Assembly: GCA_016186485.1 (NCBI GenBank)
Contig: JACPLN010000002.1
Coordinates: 1,548 to 65,547, forward strand
Direction: 5' to 3'
DNA length: 64,000 nucleotides
Origin: Candidatus Nealsonbacteria bacterium
Lineage (GTDB): Bacteria > Patescibacteriota > Minisyncoccia > Minisyncoccales > UBA6532
The position numbers were made by a program, and so were the translations under genes. Positions 56,950 to 64,000 of this stretch are shown piece by piece; position 1 is the stretch's first letter, and each line of letters opens with the position of its first letter. The notes under the pieces were generated by a model. It saw nothing but the letters and a program-made list of their open reading frames with translations, ran no database searches and was not told where the DNA came from.

Positions 56950-58188
56950 ATGAAAATAGTTTACGGAACAATACTTAATCCGCTTTCTCCTCTTGATTTA
57001 TGGTATTGCGAAGACGGGGCATTGGTTTTTGATGAAAAGACAGGAAAGATTCTTTTCGTTGGCGAAGCAAAAGAAGCGAGGGAAGATTTTCCTCAGGCCG
57101 AAAAAGTTGATACACCGGATAATATCTTGATAACCCCTTCATTTGTTGATGCCCATCTTCATGCTGTACAGTATAAAATTATTGGCACTTTTGAAGGAGT
57201 AGAGCTTCTGCCATGGCTTCAGAAGTTCACCTGGCCTGAAGAAAGCAAGTTTGCCAAAAGTGATTATGCTGAAAAAGTATTCCAAGAGTTTCTGCACGAT
57301 CTATTAAGAAACGGTACCACCACCGCAGCGGTTTATTCTTCAATCCATGAAAACGCTGTTCACGCCCTTTATGATATATCTCAAGACAAGGCACGACTTT
57401 TTATAGGAAATGTGCTAATGGATCAGAACAGCCCCGATTATTTGCTGCAGAAAACAGATGATGCCATTAATGTTGTTGAAAGATTGGCAAAGAAATATAA
57501 AGATCGCTACGTCGTTACTCCACGCTTTGCCATTACCTGTAGTATGAAACTTATGAAGAGCGTTGCTGCCATTGCCAGAAAATATAATTGTTTTATTCAG
57601 ACGCACCTGTCAGAAAACAAGGAAGAGGTTGAATTTGTGCGCAAACTTTTTCCTGACTGCAAAAATTATACCGATGTCTATTACCAGGCAGGACTTCTGG
57701 GACCCAAATCTATTATGGGTCACGCGATATATTTATCAAATCAGGAACTTGAGCTTTTGCGCAACACTAATACGAAAATCGCTCATTGTCCCATTTCTAA
57801 TTACGAACTTTTAAGCGGAAGAATGACCGTAGAAAGATTTTTGCTCATGGGAGTTAATTTTACTCTCGGCACAGATATTGCCGGCGGCCACGAAATTTCA
57901 ATGCTCGGGGTCATGCGCAGATTTCTAGACGAACATAGGTACTTTGCGCCCATACGCCCCAGCCAAGCATTGTATTGGGGCACCCTGGACGGCGCAGAAG
58001 CGCTGGGTTTGCAAAATGTTGCTGGAAATTTGGCATACGGAAAATACGCCGACTTCCTAGTTTTGCATAAGCCCAAAGGAGCCGTTAATCCCGATGAATA
58101 CATGGAAGGTCTTATGGCGGGCGATTACGACAACATAGTGGCAAAGACATTTTTTGAAGGAAGAGAGGTATACTCAAAACAAAACTAG
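56950..58188 (+). CDS. guaD: Guanine deaminase-like amidohydrolase
   Basis: PSFVDAHLHAVQ, LLPWLQKFTWPEE, QTHLSENKEEV, AHCPISN and LGTDIAGG. Confidence 0.75.
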   Translation: MKIVYGTILNPLSPLDLWYCEDGALVFDEKTGKILFVGEAKEAREDFPQAEKVDTPDNILITPSFVDAHLHAVQYKIIGTFEGVELLPWLQKFTWPEESKFAKSDYAEKVFQEFLHDLLRNGTTTAAVYSSIHENAVHALYDISQDKARLFIGNVLMDQNSPDYLLQKTDDAINVVERLAKKYKDRYVVTPRFAITCSMKLMKSVAAIARKYNCFIQTHLSENKEEVEFVRKLFPDCKNYTDVYYQAGLLGPKSIMGHAIYLSNQELELLRNTNTKIAHCPISNYELLSGRMTVERFLLMGVNFTLGTDIAGGHEISMLGVMRRFLDEHRYFAPIRPSQALYWGTLDGAEALGLQNVAGNLAYGKYADFLVLHKPKGAVNPDEYMEGLMAGDYDNIVAKTFFEGREVYSKQN

Positions 58189-58268
58189 CCATAATGAAAA
58201 TACGATTGACACAATATTGCAAATACTCCAGTATCACAATAGAGGCTCTTTAAAAAGAAGGGAAACTT

Positions 58269-58820
58269 ATGAAAGAAATTATTGATATTTTATGGTTCAC
58301 CGATCCAGCCGCTATTGTATGGAATGTTTTTGCCTATCTTGGAATGGTCCTGATAATAACCGGGATTGTTTCTTCAAGGTTTAGAAACAGATTTTTCTTT
58401 CTGGGACCTTTTATTCTTTTTCTTTACGCCCTGCTTTATTTAAAAGACCCTATTCTTACCGGATTGCAGCTTCTAATATCTTTGTCAGGCGGATTAAATC
58501 TTTTTAATGTCAGAAAAAAGCTTTTTCTCCCGGTGCTTCATGTATCAACCGTTGCGGTTTACGGCATTCTTTTATTCGCGGGGCAAATTTCAGGAGCTTG
58601 GCAGCTTATTGGATCTTTGGGTCTGTTGGGCATAGCCTTTTCTTATACCCAGCTGCCCAACAAAAGAGGGTTTTTGTTCATGGGGTTTAGCGGCTTGCTG
58701 ATCGTTGCTTATTCATTTGTATCCCAAGTCTGGATCTGGTTTGTCCTAAATATAGTTTTCTTTTTCACCAGCATCATTGAATTCAAAAGAAAAGATGCTA
58801 AAAATGAGGGACAAAAGTAA
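58269..58820 (+). CDS. Hypothetical polytopic membrane protein
   Basis: Six or seven hydrophobic helices; no family was recognised. Confidence 0.6.
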   Translation: MKEIIDILWFTDPAAIVWNVFAYLGMVLIITGIVSSRFRNRFFFLGPFILFLYALLYLKDPILTGLQLLISLSGGLNLFNVRKKLFLPVLHVSTVAVYGILLFAGQISGAWQLIGSLGLLGIAFSYTQLPNKRGFLFMGFSGLLIVAYSFVSQVWIWFVLNIVFFFTSIIEFKRKDAKNEGQK

Positions 58821-58821
58821 T

Positions 58822-58848
58822 GCGGGCGAATAACCCGTTTTTGTTTTT
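58822..58848 (+). terminator. Weak rho-independent terminator
   Basis: A 4-5 bp stem CGGG/CCCG (an extra G:T wobble gives the fifth pair) followed by TTTTTGTTTTTG, directly after the stop codon. Confidence 0.45.
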
Positions 58849-58876
58849 GTATAAATAAGATACACTAAAAGTAGTT

Positions 58877-60487
58877 ATGCGCAAGATAATAAGAAATTTA
58901 ATTGAAAAAGCGGTTAAAGAAATTCAAAAATCAGGGGAATTTCCAAAATTTGAGACCCCGTCGATTTTAGTAGAACGCTCGGAATTAAAAGTTCACGGCG
59001 ACTATACCAGCAATATTGCAATGAAAATAAGCGGGTTTTGCAAAAAAAACCCAATGGAAATCGCTAATTTGCTGGTTTCAGAGCTGGATTCGGAAATAGG
59101 GGCCATTTTTGAGAAAATTGAGATAGCGGAACCCGGGTTCATCAATTTTTTTCTTTCAGAGAAGTGCTTGCAGGCGAAAATAAAAGAAATACTTTCCCAA
59201 AAAGATAAATTTGGCAGATTAAATTTGGGTAGGGGCAAAAAAGTTCAGGTTGAATTTATCTCGGCAAATCCAACCGGTCCTTTAACGGTTGCCAACGCCA
59301 GAGGCGGGCCTTTGGGCGACACCTTAGCCAACGTTTTAGAAATGGCCGGCTTTAAAACAGAAAAAGCATACTATATAAATGACGAGGGGAATCAAGTTTT
59401 AATTTTGGGGCACTCTGTTTTAAAAGATGAAAACGCCCAGTACAAAGGAAGTTATATAGATGAACTTAATAAAAGAATAAAAGAAAAGGATGCAGAAAAG
59501 GCGGGCAAAAAAGCGGCTAAAATTATTATTGAAGAGATGATAAAAAAAACCGTAAAGAACCTGGGCATAAATTACGATGAATGGATGTCAGAAGAATGGC
59601 TGCGCAAGAAAAGCTTTGTTGAAAAATCTTTAAATCTTTTAAATAAAAAACGGTTTTTATATCAAAAAGAAGGAGCTCTTTATTTTAAATCTTCCCAATT
59701 TGGCGACGAAAGAGACAGGGTGGTGGTAAAGTCCGACGGTTCTAAAACCTATCTTGCCGGCGATATTGCTTATCATAAGTATAAGTTTGATTCGCCGCCT
59801 GGCGGAAGAAAATTCAGCAAAGTAATTGATATTTTCGGGGCAGACCACCACGGAGACGTGCCGGGGCTGAAAGCCGCAGTTGAGGCTTTGGGGCACAAAG
59901 GCAAGCTGGATGTTATAATATTGCAATTCGTCACTGTTTTAGAGAAGGGAGAGAAGTTAAGAATGTCAAAAAGAAAAGGCTTTTTCGTAACCATGGATGA
60001 ACTTTTAAACGAAGTTGGTTCAGATGCGGTGAGATTTTTCTTTTTGGAAAAATCGGCAGATACCCATTTGAATTTTGATTTGTCTCTGGCAAAAGAGCAT
60101 TCGGAGAAAAATCCGGTGTACTATGTCCAGTATTCCCACGCTAGGATATGCAGCATCCTAAGAAAATCCAAAACCCAAAACCCAAAACCCAAAATTAAAA
60201 TCCAAAATTTAAAATTATTAAACCATCCGAGCGAATCGGGGCTTATTAAGCGGTTAATAATATTTACCGAGGTTATTGAGGATACGGCAAAAGATTATCA
60301 GGTCCAGCGCCTTCCCGGTTATGCCAGGGATCTAGCCGCTGCTTTCAACCAATTTTACAGGGACTGCCGGGTTATTTCAGAAGACAAAGAATTAACAAGA
60401 GCCCGTTTGGCTTTGGTTGCATCAGCTAAATTTGTTCTTAAAAACACCCTCAATCTTATGGGTATTTCAGCCCCGGAAAGAATGTAG
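58877..60487 (+). CDS. argS: Arginyl-tRNA synthetase
   Basis: The class I HIGH-region equivalent SANPTGPLTVANARG, FGADHHGD, KMSKS-like MSKRKG, and the C-terminal anticodon-binding domain. Confidence 0.92.
   Translation: MRKIIRNLIEKAVKEIQKSGEFPKFETPSILVERSELKVHGDYTSNIAMKISGFCKKNPMEIANLLVSELDSEIGAIFEKIEIAEPGFINFFLSEKCLQAKIKEILSQKDKFGRLNLGRGKKVQVEFISANPTGPLTVANARGGPLGDTLANVLEMAGFKTEKAYYINDEGNQVLILGHSVLKDENAQYKGSYIDELNKRIKEKDAEKAGKKAAKIIIEEMIKKTVKNLGINYDEWMSEEWLRKKSFVEKSLNLLNKKRFLYQKEGALYFKSSQFGDERDRVVVKSDGSKTYLAGDIAYHKYKFDSPPGGRKFSKVIDIFGADHHGDVPGLKAAVEALGHKGKLDVIILQFVTVLEKGEKLRMSKRKGFFVTMDELLNEVGSDAVRFFFLEKSADTHLNFDLSLAKEHSEKNPVYYVQYSHARICSILRKSKTQNPKPKIKIQNLKLLNHPSESGLIKRLIIFTEVIEDTAKDYQVQRLPGYARDLAAAFNQFYRDCRVISEDKELTRARLALVASAKFVLKNTLNLMGISAPERM
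60164..60220. repeat. Heptad-periodic A-rich tract inside argS
   Basis: AAAATCC AAAACCC AAAACCC AAAACCC AAAATTA AAATCCA AAATTTA..., read directly. It encodes KTQNPKPKIKIQNLKLL in a variable linker of ArgS. Confidence 0.85.
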
Positions 60488-60588
60488 CGCCCTTGCGGTA
60501 TTGACCAAGTCTGACTTGGTATTGACATTATCGGCCCATACCTTAATTTGAATTAGTGCACCTTGATAACTGAAAATGGTGATATGTT

Positions 60589-61827
60589 GTGAAATTGCTA
60601 TTAGTATTGGGCATGGTATTATTTTCGGCTTTGTTTCTGTTTTCCATCACAAGAACGGCTGGAAGCGAAACCCTGATAACTGTTTCTACAGACAGGAAAT
60701 CTTACCACTTTACCCATCTTATAAAAATAAACGGTACGGTATCTCCGTTGGTTGCCGGAAAAGATACGGTGCAGGTTAAGATTTACAACGGCGTTGACGG
60801 AAAACTGCTTTGGGATTTCCCAAAAACTCCTCTTAGGTTAAGCTCTAATGGCACTTTTTCCGGTTCTCTTAGTTTCAGCAAACTTCCGCCAAAAGCCGGT
60901 CAGGAAACCTATATCTTAGAAATCATATACCTCGGTTCTATTGGCCGCACAAACTTTGATGTTTACAATAGAACACTGGCTTTTACGGTGCGTTCTGACA
61001 AAGAAAAATATACCGCAAAAATTATCAATGGCACTTTGGCCGGGTACACTGTTTATGACGGCCCGGATAAAGAAGCGAACTTAGATTTTTCTAACGGGGT
61101 GGTAAGAACTAAAATGATTACTAAAGGAACCCTCTTTGATAAAAATGGCAATGTTGTTTTTGCAAGAACGCCATCGGGAGAAAATATTCCCACGACAAAA
61201 AGTAAGGTTAAGGACCTTCGGATAGGCAACTCAATTCTTAAGGGCAATTATTCTGTTCAGGATTTTACGATTGCAAACGGGACGCTTTGGCTTACTATGG
61301 GCGAGCACGTTTATGTTTACGGCACCGTTAAGGATATTACCGAAGACAAAGAAGTTTCAATTATAATCTTTAAAGCCGGTGTTTCTGTAGACACTCCCTT
61401 GGCTATTGAAAGCGCGTCAATTCTTTATTCTGTCTGGGCGCTTGCTAACGCAAAAATTGACCCCAATACCTTAAGCTATTTAACAGAAGAGAGCGTTAAT
61501 GCTATTGATCCTGGCGATCCCAGGACTAACGAGGGTGTTTATGCGATAGTGGCAAGTTATAACAAAGAAAGAGTAACCGCTCAGTTCAGAGTTTCTTTTA
61601 AAGGAGAAGATACTGTTTTGAAACCAGAAGATTTAGAGAAAATTGAAAATAACGTTCAAGAAACGGGTACCCCCAAAACAGATGTTCCCGAAAAAGATGT
61701 TATGGTGGAACCTCCAGTCCAAATAAAGAGGCCGCCTCCCTATGAAATCTGGGCTATTGTTTTATTGGTGACAGTTGCCGTGATAATCTTGGCGACAATC
61801 GTTTACGCTGAAATAAGGAGTAGATAA
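60589..61827 (+). CDS. Hypothetical exported beta-rich protein with signal peptide and single C-terminal TM anchor
   Basis: GTG start, the signal LLLVLGMVLFSALFLFSITRTAG, a Pro-rich stalk, and the C-terminal helix IWAIVLLVTVAVIILATIVYA. Confidence 0.7.
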   Translation: MKLLLVLGMVLFSALFLFSITRTAGSETLITVSTDRKSYHFTHLIKINGTVSPLVAGKDTVQVKIYNGVDGKLLWDFPKTPLRLSSNGTFSGSLSFSKLPPKAGQETYILEIIYLGSIGRTNFDVYNRTLAFTVRSDKEKYTAKIINGTLAGYTVYDGPDKEANLDFSNGVVRTKMITKGTLFDKNGNVVFARTPSGENIPTTKSKVKDLRIGNSILKGNYSVQDFTIANGTLWLTMGEHVYVYGTVKDITEDKEVSIIIFKAGVSVDTPLAIESASILYSVWALANAKIDPNTLSYLTEESVNAIDPGDPRTNEGVYAIVASYNKERVTAQFRVSFKGEDTVLKPEDLEKIENNVQETGTPKTDVPEKDVMVEPPVQIKRPPPYEIWAIVLLVTVAVIILATIVYAEIRSR

Positions 61828-61829
61828 AC

Positions 61830-64000
61830 TTGACCGAGAAATTAGAAGAAGGGTATGTTTCAAGAGTAAGGCAAGTCGGAATTTCTTCGCTTTTGCTTAT
61901 GGCCACAATAGTGATTTTTTCCGCAATTATTGCAATACCATTTCTGATTTCGGCAACTCCGCTTGCCAGCAACAAAGAAATCATGGCTTGGTATGGGTTG
62001 GCTGTATCGGGCGGAGGAATAATTTCTGTTTTTGTATGGTCGGGCATAGTTTGGCAGGGAATAGAAGCCAGGTTCGGTGTTTTATTAAGCCGCCTGGCAG
62101 CATTTTTTGAAAAGCCGCCAAAAAGGACGCCAGAAAACGATTTAAGCCCCGAAGAGGCAATAAAGCAAATCAGGGCGCAGAAAAAAAAGTGGGATTTAAG
62201 AGACGTTGATTCTTGGCCGGATGAAAAGGTTGCGCGTTTCTGGGCGGAGTTCAAGAGCACGGAAGAAATCAATGTTCCAAACAAATTAATGGATTGGGTT
62301 ATTTTTCAGGACGAAGTGATAAGAAAGATTCGTATTTTTCTTTTGGATTTCATTGATACAATGAAGCACATAAAATCCGAGGTTAAAAGCGGTAAAAATA
62401 TTTCTGATGTTGTTTCAAAAAGGCCTGCGCCAAAGGTCTTAATGGTCGGGGAGCCGGGCACAGGAAAGACAGTAATCGGCAAAGCAACAAGGGAAACCCT
62501 AGACGACATTTATAAACAAGAAGGGGCAACAGATATTCTTGACGACGTCCTGTGCGTACGAATAAAACACTTTACCAATAGGCCGGAAATCTATATTTGT
62601 CCCGCAGGTACCGCAAAACCATATCTTAGGCAGAGGGAAAAACTGCTTAAAAGAAGAGACAGATCATTCATTATGCCGGTAAAAATGATTTTCGGTTTTG
62701 TGGCGACGCTAGGAGTGGTCCTTACGCTGTTTTTCATTTCAAGGATGGTTATAGATATATCCTCAAATCCAATAGATAATTTGTTCGGCATCATGTCTTC
62801 TTATACGCTTTCAATGAATCTTAGCATGAGCATGACTCTTTCCGCCAGCTTCGCCTACTATATTTTCAGGTCTCTTATCGGCGGCGCTCTTTTCAGCTCT
62901 GTCAGCAGGGATGAGATTGCCGAATTGCCAAATCTTTTAGTGGATAACTCAAAGAAAAGAGTGCCTTTTGTTGATGTTACCGGAGCCACTACCGCAAACT
63001 TGTTTGGCGAAGTAGAATGGAATCCTGTTGGTGCACTAGGCGCTCCTCCGCATAAACGAATGAAGGCAGGCGCTGTTCATATAGCTCACGGCGGGATATT
63101 GTACAATGACGAGATAAAGAATCTTCAACAAGAAGACGCGGTAACGCTGTTGTCAGTTATGCAAAACGGCGAGCTTTCTATCGAGAGCAGAGGTACTAGA
63201 ATCAGTTCTGGCGGAGGGCTTGATGCAAAATCAGGTCCAATAAGGGCGGTATTCTTTATGCTTGCCGCAGGAAATATGGATATATCTTCAGATCCAAACT
63301 CAATCATTAACCGGCTGACGGCATTTAAAGACAGGTTTGACAGCCACGGAGCAATAATCCCCATGAATAACAGCGTCCCAATCACTATGCGCAATAAAGC
63401 AAAGGTTGCCCAGTTTGTCGCTCAGGAGGTTTTCCGGCTTGGTCTTCTGCCTATGGATAACAGCGGCGTTCAAAGGATTATTTCTTACCTTATAAGGCTT
63501 AGCGGCAAAAATGAAATTTCCACAAGGTTGCGGTTGGGCATGGGCCAGGTTAAGAAAGCAGGCCTTTTAGCCAGGGAAGAAAAAGCTAAAATAATTACCG
63601 CTGAACATGTTGATAAGGCAGAAGAAATGTTTGCCCCATCTCAGCAGAAGGCCGTAAAAGATCAAGTAGAGGAAAGGCGCCAAGGGAAGATTATTTTAAG
63701 CAAGGGAGGCGAAGTCGGCAGGGTAAACGGACTTGTGGCCATAAAAGACCCAATTACGGGAGCAATGGTCGGAGACGTCGTGGTAGTTACGGCATTCATG
63801 AAAAAAGTAACAGAAATAAAGCACGCAGACTTTCTGGTTACGGGAATAAAAGAAGCGAACCCGGAGTGGATTGCCGATAGCATAAAAACAGTGAGAACCA
63901 CTATTCTTAGAAGATACCACGTAGATATCGCAAGAGAGTGCTATACCCATATATCATTTGTGCAAAGCAACGGCATAGATGGGCCGTCGGCTGGCATAAC
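61830..64000 (+). CDS. lonB: Archaeal-type LonB membrane protease (3' end outside the window)
   Basis: Absent from the ORF track because there is no in-window stop; translated by hand. The TTG start lies 3 nt after the upstream stop, with an AGGAG SD 9 nt upstream. It has N-terminal TM helices, Walker A GEPGTGKTV, a TM insert between Walker A and B, Walker B GILYNDEI, and the Lon domain GRVNGLVA...GIDGPSAGI. Confidence 0.85.
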   Translation, partial: MTEKLEEGYVSRVRQVGISSLLLMATIVIFSAIIAIPFLISATPLASNKEIMAWYGLAVSGGGIISVFVWSGIVWQGIEARFGVLLSRLAAFFEKPPKRTPENDLSPEEAIKQIRAQKKKWDLRDVDSWPDEKVARFWAEFKSTEEINVPNKLMDWVIFQDEVIRKIRIFLLDFIDTMKHIKSEVKSGKNISDVVSKRPAPKVLMVGEPGTGKTVIGKATRETLDDIYKQEGATDILDDVLCVRIKHFTNRPEIYICPAGTAKPYLRQREKLLKRRDRSFIMPVKMIFGFVATLGVVLTLFFISRMVIDISSNPIDNLFGIMSSYTLSMNLSMSMTLSASFAYYIFRSLIGGALFSSVSRDEIAELPNLLVDNSKKRVPFVDVTGATTANLFGEVEWNPVGALGAPPHKRMKAGAVHIAHGGILYNDEIKNLQQEDAVTLLSVMQNGELSIESRGTRISSGGGLDAKSGPIRAVFFMLAAGNMDISSDPNSIINRLTAFKDRFDSHGAIIPMNNSVPITMRNKAKVAQFVAQEVFRLGLLPMDNSGVQRIISYLIRLSGKNEISTRLRLGMGQVKKAGLLAREEKAKIITAEHVDKAEEMFAPSQQKAVKDQVEERRQGKIILSKGGEVGRVNGLVAIKDPITGAMVGDVVVVTAFMKKVTEIKHADFLVTGIKEANPEWIADSIKTVRTTILRRYHVDIARECYTHISFVQSNGIDGPSAGI

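Noticed and set aside
1-64000. An alternative genetic code (UGA recoding, as in some candidate phyla).
   Set aside because: Many well-supported genes end at TGA, including ATGA start-stop overlaps (nrdJ/cobA, Fd/korA, korB/trxB-like, MFS/polX). Conserved proteins have normal lengths under the standard code.

Overview
This is an AT-rich, very gene-dense bacterial chromosome segment. Intergenic gaps are short, ATGA-type overlaps are common, and many genes start with TTG or GTG. TGA is used as a stop codon, so the genetic code looks standard.

The gene content is a minimal housekeeping set plus archaeal or eukaryote-like enzymes: Elp3, a Trm9-like methyltransferase, RtcB with archease, RtcA, EndoQ, an archaeal-type LonB, and a four-helix-bundle 'IVS' protein. 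This resembles a Candidate Phyla Radiation / Patescibacteria-type genome, but that placement is inference only. All protein calls come from motif recognition by eye; no database search was run.

**Recognisable genes**
- Recombination and repair: ruvC-yebC-comEA-ruvB, ruvA, uvrB, mutM, a 5'-3' exonuclease, polX, an MGMT-domain protein, EndoQ.
- Translation: tyrS (partial), argS, rpsT, infC-rpmI-rplT, smpB-ssrA, tRNA-Arg(CCG), tsaE.
- Three AAA+ proteases: FtsH, a chimeric double-AAA/Lon fusion, and a membrane LonB.
- Metabolism: P5C dehydrogenase, AhcY, thiolase, guanine deaminase, MurE.

**Most noteworthy observations**
1. A six-gene operon joins a class II (AdoCbl) ribonucleotide reductase to a corrinoid adenosyltransferase, a 3-Cys ferredoxin, a 2-oxoacid:ferredoxin oxidoreductase and an AhpF-like TrxR lacking the NADPH motif.
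2. An Elp3 gene and a Trm9-like gene are divergent, with overlapping start codons.
3. A chimeric P-loop + classic-AAA + Lon-S16 protease lies behind two membrane proteins. A second locus has an exported protein followed by a LonB-type protease.
4. A family of 62-77 nt long-stem hairpin repeats (three copies) shows compensatory stem changes. It sits in the two largest non-coding regions, next to an orphan promoter/hairpin/G-quadruplex/terminator unit.
5. Heptanucleotide-periodic A-rich tracts flank the four-helix-bundle gene as inverted repeats and are embedded in-frame in elp3, polX and argS.
6. A VKOR/DsbA thiol-oxidation cluster is headed by an FNR-like flavoprotein.
7. The tmRNA is wedged between smpB and infC and has an unusually long, Gly7-containing predicted tag.

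No CRISPR array, rRNA, transposase or prophage was seen.
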